Both the position numbers and the translations under genes were made by a program. Below, piece after piece: positions 27,827 through 36,702 of a DNA stretch of 64,000 bases. Position 1 is the stretch's first letter, and each line of letters opens with the position of its first letter. Source of the stretch: Candidatus Multivoradales bacterium. Lineage in GTDB: Bacteria; Acidobacteriota; Thermoanaerobaculia; Multivoradales; J023. The stretch lies in NCBI GenBank assembly GCA_965248925.1, contig CBDFLE010000005.1:1120001-1184000 (forward strand). Reading direction: 5' to 3'. Below the pieces are notes generated by a model, which saw only the letters and a program-made list of their open reading frames with translations, did no database searches and was not told the origin of the DNA.

Positions 27827-29584
27827 TCACAGCCTAGACAGGCCTAGGCCCAAGGTGAAGGACCAGGCGGAGGTGTCCCCGGTTTCGAAACCTTCGCAGA
27901 AGATAGCTGCCTCGATACAGCCCGCGAATTCGAATTTACACACCTGAGTGACCCAGCCAGCACCGCTGGTGGCCGGCAAATATTCGGTGGCGTAGTAGAA
28001 GGTACAGCCATCGGCCGGATCGACACTCATCGAGGAATAGTCGCCCCAGCGGGAAGTGCCGGTCTGGGCGCCTGTGCCGTTGATGCAAGTGATCTCGCCC
28101 TTCAGGGTGCTAGCAGAATCTGCCGGCCGGCGACCGGCCATGCGGATCGAGGGGAAGATCGCGGCGCTACCCAACGAGTAACCGATGCCGAGGTTGCCGA
28201 GGTTGTCGGTGGCGGCAGAAGGAACCCAGCGATTCTCTCCATCCGGCGCATAAACCCCCTGATCAATCACCGTCGGCCCACCGAGCAGATCGATCTCGGT
28301 CCAACGGATGCCCGCCTGGTCGCCACCGACATCTACCGTGTGGACAACTACCGCGTTCAAGGTGCCCGCTCCCAGGTGGTAGCGCACCGTCGTGCGGTGC
28401 ATGGTGAACTGGCCAAGCACGTCGAGCAGCTGGCCGGTGCCGGGCTGCGGAATGCAGGGGCCAAAGCCGCACAGCTCAGCGTCATACTCCACCCCAACGT
28501 CCATGTAGGTGGGTCCGGTGGCAGTCGAGGTTCCCGGCCAGTCGGGGCAGATCTCGAACAGCTGGTAGCCATCGGTGGGCAAGAAAGGCATGCTACCGAA
28601 CTGTTCGTCGTCCCACATCTGAATAAAGGTCGGACAGGTACCGGCCGGCGCCGGTTTGGGTCCCAACAAGCTGGGTACCGAGACGGCGAAGAAGGCATCG
28701 TCCGCCGTTACTGCGAAGAAGAACCGGTCCTGCTGCGGTGGTGGCAAGGCAGCGGGGTCGAGCATCACGTCGCGCTCGAAAACGCTCAGCGAAGCACCGA
28801 CGAAGCCACCCGAAAATTCGTTGACGCTCAGGGTGTAGGAACTGCGAGTACCACTAGCGTCCAGCCACAGGCCCAGCTTGGGGTAGTCGTTGAAATTGGT
28901 AAAGGGGAACTGGAAGCGATGGTAGGGCCCCAGCGGATTGCTGGTGGTCGAGATAGCAAAGCACTGGTTCGGCGTGCCACTGCCGGTGAACTGGCTGAAC
29001 ACCCAACGATCGGCAAAGTGGTCGTAGAGCACGATCGGATCGCCACTGTTGTTGGTCTGGCAGGGACCACCGAAGCCGGCCCAGAAGGTGTTGCCAGCAA
29101 ATGGACCGCCACCGGCCGTCGGCGTCAGGGTGTTCTTGTCGAGGATGATCCAGCCGAGGTTGGCGTAGACGATGTAGAAATTGCCGCCGACATCGCCGAC
29201 GGTATCCGGCGGCGCCACCAGGCCCGGGTTATCGCTGTTGGAATAAGCCAAGCCAGTACCCAGCAGGCCGAGCGAACGCTGTTCATCGGCGAATTCGCGC
29301 TGCACTAGATCGGTGCCGTCGGAGACCCTTTGGATATGTTGCTGCAGAGCTGCCGGCAGCTGGTGATTCTCGATCTCACGGATTACGTTCTGCGCTTGCG
29401 GCTGTAGCTGATTGGCCTGTTGCCGCGCTAGCTCGATGAGTTCGGCCAACGGCGGCGAGGTGTCTTGGCGGATAGCGTGATGGACTGTTTTTTCAAACGC
29501 AGGCGCAGTTTCGGCGTTTACCGCCACCCCAGCAAATAGACACAGCAGGATGGTCGCAAGCACAATGGACGCACTCTTTAACAT
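27827..29584 (-). CDS. Secreted hypothetical protein (PPD...GDP...DYPK...RWGDYS family) with C-terminal GFETGD motif
   Basis: Signal peptide; family motifs; ends IFCEGFETGDTSAWS. Confidence 0.8.
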   Translation of the reverse strand: MLKSASIVLATILLCLFAGVAVNAETAPAFEKTVHHAIRQDTSPPLAELIELARQQANQLQPQAQNVIREIENHQLPAALQQHIQRVSDGTDLVQREFADEQRSLGLLGTGLAYSNSDNPGLVAPPDTVGDVGGNFYIVYANLGWIILDKNTLTPTAGGGPFAGNTFWAGFGGPCQTNNSGDPIVLYDHFADRWVFSQFTGSGTPNQCFAISTTSNPLGPYHRFQFPFTNFNDYPKLGLWLDASGTRSSYTLSVNEFSGGFVGASLSVFERDVMLDPAALPPPQQDRFFFAVTADDAFFAVSVPSLLGPKPAPAGTCPTFIQMWDDEQFGSMPFLPTDGYQLFEICPDWPGTSTATGPTYMDVGVEYDAELCGFGPCIPQPGTGQLLDVLGQFTMHRTTVRYHLGAGTLNAVVVHTVDVGGDQAGIRWTEIDLLGGPTVIDQGVYAPDGENRWVPSAATDNLGNLGIGYSLGSAAIFPSIRMAGRRPADSASTLKGEITCINGTGAQTGTSRWGDYSSMSVDPADGCTFYYATEYLPATSGAGWVTQVCKFEFAGCIEAAIFCEGFETGDTSAWSFTLGLGLSRL

Positions 29585-29676
29585 ATTTTCCCCAAGGTCG
29601 ATCGTTCCGGCACCGCCGCTTCGAGGGCTTCGGGTGCCAGGAGAAGTTGGTCGGGCTATTTGCAGCGGGCTAGAGC

Positions 29677-30741
29677 TTACCCCTGAAGGGCCGGCTTAAG
29701 CAAGGGCAAGACCGGCAGCCTGCCAGCGCTTGGTGGCGGCGACTCGGCGGCCCCCTGAGTTTGCTGGTGCTGACGCAACACAGCACGGCTGGTAGCTGGA
29801 AGATCAGCGCTGGCCAAGGCCCGTTCGATCGCTGCCGCCAGCCGCCGTCGATCAAGAGCCCCCAAGGCTTTCACCGCGCCGCGCACCAAACCGCCGTGCG
29901 GCGAGTGCAGCCAACGGGCCGCGAGGTCAAAATCCTCCACCTCGGGATGCCGTGGCAGCGCCCGCAAGGCAGTGCGGATCAGCTGGGGTCGGGGGGAGAT
30001 CGGATCGAGGTCGAGCTCGCTGCTCCTTAGCAGGTGGCGGGCGCTGCGCGACCACCAACTAGCGCCGAGCGAATGCGGCGGCCGCTGCGCCGTCGCCAGC
30101 AGATATTCGCGCGCCTCGGGGTCGACATGAGGATCGCTACCGAAAGCAGCCAACGCCGCCAGGCGCCGCTCACCCAAGGCTGCGTGCAACTGTCGGCGCG
30201 GCATCAGATCGGCAATGAACAGCCGCTGGGTTGCCGGATCAGCCTGCTTCAGCCCCTTGATCAGCAGATCGAGTAAGGCTTGGTCATCGAGTTCCGAAGA
30301 CTGAGTCAACAGTCGGCGAGCCACTCTGCTGGGCGCAAACAGCGCCTGCCCCACCCCCGGCACTCGCAGCACCTGCGGCCCCTCGGGATCCTTGCCGCTG
30401 CGGCCGGGGAAGCGCACCTTGTACCAATCCGAATAGGCGATCAGGCAGCGTTGGCCAACCTCGAGAGCGGCCACTGAACGCGGCTCCAAGCGCACGGTCA
30501 CCGCGGCCGCTGGATGCCCGTAGAGCTTGCGCTCGCGACGCAGAGTCACCCGATCCGCTGCCGGGATAGCCACCACCGTGGCTTCCATGATCTGGTGGTG
30601 TTCGCCGCGCAACGCTTGCGACGCTGGTAGCAGCAGCTTGGCGGCAATCGGCGCGACCGGGGCAAGGACCATGGCGAGCAGCAATACAGAGATCGTCGAA
30701 GGCCGTAGCAAGGTATTGGTGACGGTGGCTGGCTGGCTCAT
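29677..30741 (-). CDS. Hypothetical exported protein with HEAT-like helical C-terminus
   Basis: Long ORF, hydrophobic signal-like N-terminus, Leu/Ala-rich helices; start uncertain. Confidence 0.6.
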   Translation of the reverse strand: MSQPATVTNTLLRPSTISVLLLAMVLAPVAPIAAKLLLPASQALRGEHHQIMEATVVAIPAADRVTLRRERKLYGHPAAAVTVRLEPRSVAALEVGQRCLIAYSDWYKVRFPGRSGKDPEGPQVLRVPGVGQALFAPSRVARRLLTQSSELDDQALLDLLIKGLKQADPATQRLFIADLMPRRQLHAALGERRLAALAAFGSDPHVDPEAREYLLATAQRPPHSLGASWWSRSARHLLRSSELDLDPISPRPQLIRTALRALPRHPEVEDFDLAARWLHSPHGGLVRGAVKALGALDRRRLAAAIERALASADLPATSRAVLRQHQQTQGAAESPPPSAGRLPVLPLLKPALQG

Positions 30742-30897
30742 TTGATCGCCGATCCTACACCGCTGGCCCCCCTTCGCTGGTTGCAGATCGTCACTTCTTC
30801 CACCATGGCGACACCTACAGGCGATCCACCTAACCATTACCGCCGAAGGCGATAGACTGGGAAGCTAACGCTTCGGCCCAAAAAAGAGGAAACCCGC

Positions 30898-31458
30898 ATG
30901 CGTAAGCACCCCGGCTTTTGGATCCTGCCTTTGTGCCTGCTGCTCGCTTGCTCCGCCAGCGGCTCTGACCGTGGTTCGGAGGATGGCTCAGGCAGCAATT
31001 CTGACGGCAACTCGCTGGCCGGCACTCCGGCTCTGGTCGCCGCTGGCCAGCAAATCTCCCTCGACCTCGAGGTGATCAAATCAGAAGAGGAATGGCGCCA
31101 ACTACTGTCCGCTGAACAATTCCACATCCTGCGCCAAAAGGGCACCGAGCGCGCCTTCACCGGCGAATATTGGGATCACAAGGAAGACGGCATCTACCTC
31201 TGTGCCGCCTGCGGTCAAGAGCTGTTCGACTCACAAACCAAATTCAAGTCCGGCACCGGTTGGCCGAGCTTCTGGGATCCGAGCGTTGAGGCTCACGTAG
31301 ACACAGAGACCGATCGTAGTTTCGGCGTTAGCCGCACCGAGATCGTTTGTAGTCGCTGTGGCGGCCATCTCGGTCACGTCTTCACCGACGGTCCCCAGCC
31401 CACCGGATTGCGCTACTGCGTCAACTCCGAGTCTTTAGTCTTCGCACCGCGCAAATAG
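30898..31458 (+). CDS. msrB: Peptide-methionine (R)-S-oxide reductase, lipoprotein
   Basis: GTERAFTG, CAAC, SGTGWPSF, CSRC, GHLGHVF, RYCVNS; lipobox LLAC. Confidence 0.97.
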   Translation: MRKHPGFWILPLCLLLACSASGSDRGSEDGSGSNSDGNSLAGTPALVAAGQQISLDLEVIKSEEEWRQLLSAEQFHILRQKGTERAFTGEYWDHKEDGIYLCAACGQELFDSQTKFKSGTGWPSFWDPSVEAHVDTETDRSFGVSRTEIVCSRCGGHLGHVFTDGPQPTGLRYCVNSESLVFAPRK

Positions 31459-31475
31459 GCGAGAAGGAACTTCAG

Positions 31476-32117
31476 ATGATCCCCAAGACCTCATTTATCA
31501 CCTCACTCAAGTTCGCCGCCGGCTTACTCTTGCTCAGCCAATGCAGCGGCGCCGAAGCGCCGGCGGCCAAGGCCGCTGCGGCCGTCAACTTCGACGGCCC
31601 AACCGCCGAGGCGATTTTCGCCGGCGGCTGCTTCTGGTGCATGGAACCGCCTTTCGACAAGCTCGATGGCGTCCTCGCCACCATTTCCGGCTACATCGGC
31701 GGTAGCAAAGACGACCCGACTTACAAAGAAGTCTCGGGCGGTAGCACCGGCCACACCGAAGCGGTGCGGGTGACCTATGACCCCGAGCGCATCGACTACT
31801 CCCAGCTGCTCGAAGTCTTCTGGCACAACATCGACCCGACGGTCGAGAACCGCCAATTCTGCGATTGGGGCGACCAATACCGCACCGGCATTTTCTACCT
31901 CGACGAGACCCAGCAAGCTCTCGCCACCACCTCCAAACAGCAAGTGATCAACTCCGGCCGCTTCGCCCAGGTCTTCACCGAGGTCACCCCGGCGGCTACC
32001 TTCTACCCCGCCGAGGAGTACCATCAGGACTTCTACGTCAAGAATCCGACGCACTACAAACGCTACCGCCACGGCTGCGGCCGCGACCAGCGGTTGGCTG
32101 ATCTGTGGGGCCACTAG
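31476..32117 (+). CDS. msrA: Peptide-methionine (S)-S-oxide reductase, exported
   Basis: GGCFWCME, GHTEAV, AEEYHQDFY. Confidence 0.97.
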   Translation: MIPKTSFITSLKFAAGLLLLSQCSGAEAPAAKAAAAVNFDGPTAEAIFAGGCFWCMEPPFDKLDGVLATISGYIGGSKDDPTYKEVSGGSTGHTEAVRVTYDPERIDYSQLLEVFWHNIDPTVENRQFCDWGDQYRTGIFYLDETQQALATTSKQQVINSGRFAQVFTEVTPAATFYPAEEYHQDFYVKNPTHYKRYRHGCGRDQRLADLWGH

Positions 32118-32136
32118 ACACCGAGGAAATAGAGAC

Positions 32137-32814
32137 ATGAACCCAAGAGCTATTTGCTGGATTCTCGTCCTGCTCGCCGCGCCGCTCTGCGGCCAGTCCT
32201 TCAACGTCGACTTCGGTACCCCCGAAGCAGCGCCGCCGGCCACTTATGCCGCTGCTGGCCAGGCGGGGGTGTGGAACGCCTTCCTCGCCCTGCACGGCAC
32301 CACCCAGAGTGCCTTGGTGGACATCGATGGCAACACCACCACGGTATCGATGACCCAGGTCGGCGGCTTTGAGAACCTGACCGCCGACGATCCCACCACC
32401 ACCGGCGACGACGCCCTGCTACTCGACGACTACCTGGTGACCTTCAACAGCGATCTAGAATCCTGCCTGTTCTTCGACGGCTTGGCGGCCGGCGAGTATG
32501 AGGCTTGGGTCTACGCTTGGATGCCGCTGTCGCCAGCGGTCGAAGGCTTCACCAGCGTCGATCAGGAAGTCGGGTTTCCGCACTATCAGGTGGGCGGCAG
32601 CTGGGTGGGTCAGCATCAGGAGCTGCTGACTTACTCATACCACACCGCCGTGGTCGGCACGGACGGCAATCTCGACATGCACTCAGGCATTGTGCCGGGA
32701 GCCAATGCCGCCTTGGGCGCGGCGCTGAATGGGGTGCAGCTTCGTCGTCTTGGGTTGTTCGAGGACGGTTTCGAGTCGGGAGACACCGACGGCTGGGATG
32801 CGGCCTCGTTGTAG
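32137..32814 (+). CDS. Secreted hypothetical protein with C-terminal DGFESGD motif
   Basis: Signal peptide; ends LFEDGFESGDTDGWDAASL. Confidence 0.75.
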   Translation: MNPRAICWILVLLAAPLCGQSFNVDFGTPEAAPPATYAAAGQAGVWNAFLALHGTTQSALVDIDGNTTTVSMTQVGGFENLTADDPTTTGDDALLLDDYLVTFNSDLESCLFFDGLAAGEYEAWVYAWMPLSPAVEGFTSVDQEVGFPHYQVGGSWVGQHQELLTYSYHTAVVGTDGNLDMHSGIVPGANAALGAALNGVQLRRLGLFEDGFESGDTDGWDAASL

Positions 32815-32897
32815 GTGGCGCGGCCGCACGCCGTGCGCCCCTACCTAGAGGGGTGCGGGGTTTCGGCACCTAATAGTATTTTTCCGGGAGCAAGCCG

Positions 32898-35534
32898 ATG
32901 ATCAAGACTGCCTTCCGCCGGGTTCCCAAGCCCGGTTTCTATGAGACCAGGGCCTTCCATGACTTCACCCGCGAGTTGCGCACCTTTCATCTCGAAGGGG
33001 GTAGCCGCACGCTACAACGCCAATTTCCTCACCAGGCCAAGATGGCGGCCTTCGTCAACCAGGCGCTGCCCAGCCTGCACAAGCTCTTCGACGGCAAATG
33101 CGCCTACACCGAAGTACCGTTGGCTTGGCGACGAGAAGATTCCGCCAGTACGGGCGCCAAGCAACGGCGCAGTACGAAAGGAGGAAGTGAGGACTTGCCA
33201 CCCGAGTTGGGCGAACTCGGCCTGCATCGGCCGGCCGCCGATGCCATCGGACTAGACAGCCAGTTCAGCCCCGAACATTATTGGTGGCTGGTCCCAGTGT
33301 GGACAAACTGGTACCTGGTGCATCCCCGGTTGAACGCCACCAAAGGCAACCAATTCCCGGTTGCCGGCGAGCGCTTCAAAGCCAAGAAAGCGCAAGAGTT
33401 CAAGCCCATCGATCACGAGAGTGGCTTGCTCCTCGATCCGCGCCGCGACGAGCCCGCCTGGTATCTGGACTTCCAGCCCGACGGCTCCCTAGAAGCCCGG
33501 CAACACCCCAGTGAGCGCGTCCAGAGTCTCTTTGGTGGCCACTCGAGGGGTGAGATCACCCTACGGCTACTCGACCTCAACGCCCCCTGGATCCACCAGC
33601 CACGCCAGCAAGCCGGGTGGCAGATCCGTAGTGAAATTGAGCTGTTGCCGGTCACCTGTTCGGTCTCTCTGCTCAAGAAGTTGACCTTGCGGGCCGAGCC
33701 CTTCGCCGGCCTACGCCGCCAGCTGTTGGCCCGCTGGCTGATCGGCCAAGGCCAGCGCGGTAGCCATGAACTGTCAGACTCGCTGTTCAGCCGAGCGGTG
33801 AGCTTCTTGTTGCCCGAGATCGCCGCCGGTCTGTTGCACAACCCAATACCCCTACCGTCTACGGCGCGGGCGGCTTTCGAGCAAGTCAGCGATTTCGCGG
33901 TCAAGAAGTTTCCCGACCTGAAAAACTCGGCGGCCTACCGGAAGACTTTCGACAAGTGGCCGACGACTGTGGGTCCGCCAGCGACTAGGGGCACCCCAAC
34001 GCTGGGCCTCGACCACGACCCGGGACTCGACGACGCCAAGGGATTCTCGCTCTCCGTCCCCGCCGTGGAGAAGAGCCTGCCAGCACCGGCGAACGCACCG
34101 CAGGTCTATCTCACCGCTTCGATCACCAAGGTCGAGATCGAGAACTTCAAGGCCATTCAGCGAATAGAACTCGACTTCACCAGCACCCAGCTGGTCGAAT
34201 TGCCGGCCCGCTACGGCTATCCCGACGATCCCCCCGAGCTGCGGGCCCGAGGTTGGAAGGCCCTGCTCGGCGAGAACGGCTCGGGCAAGAGCTGCATTCT
34301 GCAAGCGATCGGTCTCGCCCTGGCCGGCAATCGGCTGGAGGAACTGTGTGAGACCTGCCAGATTGACTGGAGCCATTTGCTGCGCCGCCCGGCCAAAGAA
34401 GCACCGCGGGTCAGTCAGGGCTCGATCAAGCTGAGTTTCACCGGCGATATCGAGATCGAACTGAATTTCCATGCTGACGGTTACCGCTGGAAAGACGGTC
34501 TGGCCCCGATCACCGAACTGTTCGTCCGCGGCTACGGCGCCACCCGCTTGCTCGACAGTCCACGACCGCAGGCGGCCGACAGCAGCGACCCCACCACCCA
34601 GGAAGAACAGCGCCAGCAGCGCCATCGCGATCTTCGCCAGTTGGTGCGGGTCGACAACCTCTTCGACCCCCGCCGAGCGGTGGTCGATGCCCAGAGCTGG
34701 CTGCTATCACTGCTCGACCCCGAGGAAGTGGGCGACTTTCACGCCATCGCCACCACCCTGAAAGAACTGCTAGCCGGTAACCAGCTGCCGGGACAGAACT
34801 CCGGCGACACCCCAGGTCCAACCTTGGAGGCCGATCACCAAGCCGGAGAAGTGCTGGTCGACGGCATCCCACTGAACCAGGTGAGCGACGGTTACCGGGC
34901 GGTGATCTCCATTGTCTGCGACATCCTTGCCGGCCTCGGCCAGGGGTTGAGTGATCTGCACAACGCCCGCGGCATCGTCCTGATCGACGAGCTAGGCGCC
35001 CACCTGCACCCCAGCTGGCGAATGAATATTGTCGAGAAGCTGCGCCGTGCCCTACCCAACGTGCAATTCATCATCTCCACCCACGAGCCCCTCTGCCTGC
35101 GCGGCTTGTACGAGAATGAAGTCGTGCGGGTACGCAAGCTGGCCGAGGAGGGTGTCGTCCCGGAGACCCTCGAGCGCTCACCCAGCGACTTCCGGGTCGA
35201 CCAGCTACTGACCTCCGAATTCTTCGGCCTCGACACCACCATCGACCCCGATCTCGACCGCCGCTTCCAGACCTACTACCGCCTGCTGGCGATCGACCCG
35301 GAGGAGATCACCGCCGAGCAAAAAGTCGAGCGAGACCAGCTCGACAGCTACTTGCAGCACCACTGCCGGCCCGCCCTCGGCAATACCCGCCGCGATCAGT
35401 TGGTCTACGAGGCGATCGACAAGTTTCTCGCCGTCGAAGGGAATTTGACTCTCGAGCAGCGCCAAACGCAGCGCACAGCCGCTTTGGGCAAGATAGTCGA
35501 GATTTGGGACCGGCGCCGGGGAGGCCAGTTGTGA
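32898..35534 (+). CDS. Septu PtuA-like ABC/AAA ATPase with N-terminal degenerate HNH domain
   Basis: GENGSGKS, VSDGY, IVLIDELGAHLHPSW, STHEP; N-terminus FDGKCAYTE...YWWL...KGNQFP. Confidence 0.85.
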   Translation: MIKTAFRRVPKPGFYETRAFHDFTRELRTFHLEGGSRTLQRQFPHQAKMAAFVNQALPSLHKLFDGKCAYTEVPLAWRREDSASTGAKQRRSTKGGSEDLPPELGELGLHRPAADAIGLDSQFSPEHYWWLVPVWTNWYLVHPRLNATKGNQFPVAGERFKAKKAQEFKPIDHESGLLLDPRRDEPAWYLDFQPDGSLEARQHPSERVQSLFGGHSRGEITLRLLDLNAPWIHQPRQQAGWQIRSEIELLPVTCSVSLLKKLTLRAEPFAGLRRQLLARWLIGQGQRGSHELSDSLFSRAVSFLLPEIAAGLLHNPIPLPSTARAAFEQVSDFAVKKFPDLKNSAAYRKTFDKWPTTVGPPATRGTPTLGLDHDPGLDDAKGFSLSVPAVEKSLPAPANAPQVYLTASITKVEIENFKAIQRIELDFTSTQLVELPARYGYPDDPPELRARGWKALLGENGSGKSCILQAIGLALAGNRLEELCETCQIDWSHLLRRPAKEAPRVSQGSIKLSFTGDIEIELNFHADGYRWKDGLAPITELFVRGYGATRLLDSPRPQAADSSDPTTQEEQRQQRHRDLRQLVRVDNLFDPRRAVVDAQSWLLSLLDPEEVGDFHAIATTLKELLAGNQLPGQNSGDTPGPTLEADHQAGEVLVDGIPLNQVSDGYRAVISIVCDILAGLGQGLSDLHNARGIVLIDELGAHLHPSWRMNIVEKLRRALPNVQFIISTHEPLCLRGLYENEVVRVRKLAEEGVVPETLERSPSDFRVDQLLTSEFFGLDTTIDPDLDRRFQTYYRLLAIDPEEITAEQKVERDQLDSYLQHHCRPALGNTRRDQLVYEAIDKFLAVEGNLTLEQRQTQRTAALGKIVEIWDRRRGGQL

Positions 35535-36472
35535 TCCACCGCCAGCGGGTCGCGGATACCTCGCCCTCGGCCCTGGAGAAGCCCTACAGCAACCGTGTCA
35601 AAGACCAGAGTCTGCATGGTCAGACCGAACTCCAAGCGGTGATGAAAGCCTACAGTCAGCACCTCGACGAAGGCCAGCCAGCGGTGCAGTTCAGCTACCC
35701 CTACGAACGCTACCGCGACCGGGAAGTCAAACGCGCCCTACGCCAGCTCTTCGACGGCAAATGCGCCTACTGCGAATCGGTCTACGCCGGCACTCAGCCG
35801 ATGGACGTGGAACATTGGCGACCCAAGGGCGAGGTCCACCGCCAGGGCACCAAAGTCAAAGAGCCGGGCTACTACTGGCTCGCCTCTACTTGGAACAACC
35901 TGCTGCCCTCCTGCATCGACTGCAACCGCGCCCGCAGTCAATACGACATTTTGCGCCAAGAGATCATCAGCCTGGGCAAGGCCAACCAATTCCCTATCCG
36001 TGGCCCCCGCTGCCTGCCGCGGCCCGATTCTGACCCGACCAACATCACCCAACAACTCAACTTGCTCAATGAGCAGCCCTTGCTGATCAACCCCTGCGTC
36101 GACCTTCCCGAAGAGTTCTTCACCTATGACGGTCGCGGGGTCATTCTCCCCCGTCCCGCCGCCGGCCACGAACGGGAGCGGGCGCAAGCATCGATCCGAG
36201 TCTACGCCCTCAACCGCTCCGACCTGGTCAGCGAACGTCTGGCGATGCGGAAAATCGTCGACCACCGCCTCGGGCTGATCGCCACCCTCGCCAAGCTGTG
36301 CGCTAAGGCCCACGACGACGACTACTTGCAAGAGTCCCTCGCCGACTTGATCAGCTTCGAAATCGACAATCTGTTCGAAATGTCCCACGACCCCCGCCCC
36401 TACGCCGGCATGGTGCGCGAGATGCTGCGCGCCGTCGATGCGGCGCTCGAAGAGCATCGCGATAGGGGCTGA
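35531..36472 (+). CDS. PtuB-like HNH endonuclease
   Basis: FDGKCAYCE, DVEHWRPK, YYWLASTWNNLLPSCIDCN, KANQFP; GTGA overlap with upstream stop. Confidence 0.9.
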   Translation: MIHRQRVADTSPSALEKPYSNRVKDQSLHGQTELQAVMKAYSQHLDEGQPAVQFSYPYERYRDREVKRALRQLFDGKCAYCESVYAGTQPMDVEHWRPKGEVHRQGTKVKEPGYYWLASTWNNLLPSCIDCNRARSQYDILRQEIISLGKANQFPIRGPRCLPRPDSDPTNITQQLNLLNEQPLLINPCVDLPEEFFTYDGRGVILPRPAAGHERERAQASIRVYALNRSDLVSERLAMRKIVDHRLGLIATLAKLCAKAHDDDYLQESLADLISFEIDNLFEMSHDPRPYAGMVREMLRAVDAALEEHRDRG

Positions 36473-36702
36473 GTCAACAGTTCCGAGTACCAGCCAATGT
36501 GAGTAGCCAAAAAACCTCATTTCGTCCTGGGATGAGCCCAGTGGCCAGAATCCTCGTCTCCGACCAGCCATCGCCGGGTAGATTCGTGATCTGAGCGATG
36601 GCGCAAACTCCACCGCAGGGCGGTTAGCGACCTTGAGGGCGGCACGCACTCCTCCGGGAACTCGCTCGATCAACTGCCGTTCTCAGTAGCAACGGACAAG
36701 GT

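Noticed and set aside
32815-36700. Retron Ec78-type system
   Set aside because: No reverse transcriptase or msr/msd region flanks the ATPase-HNH pair
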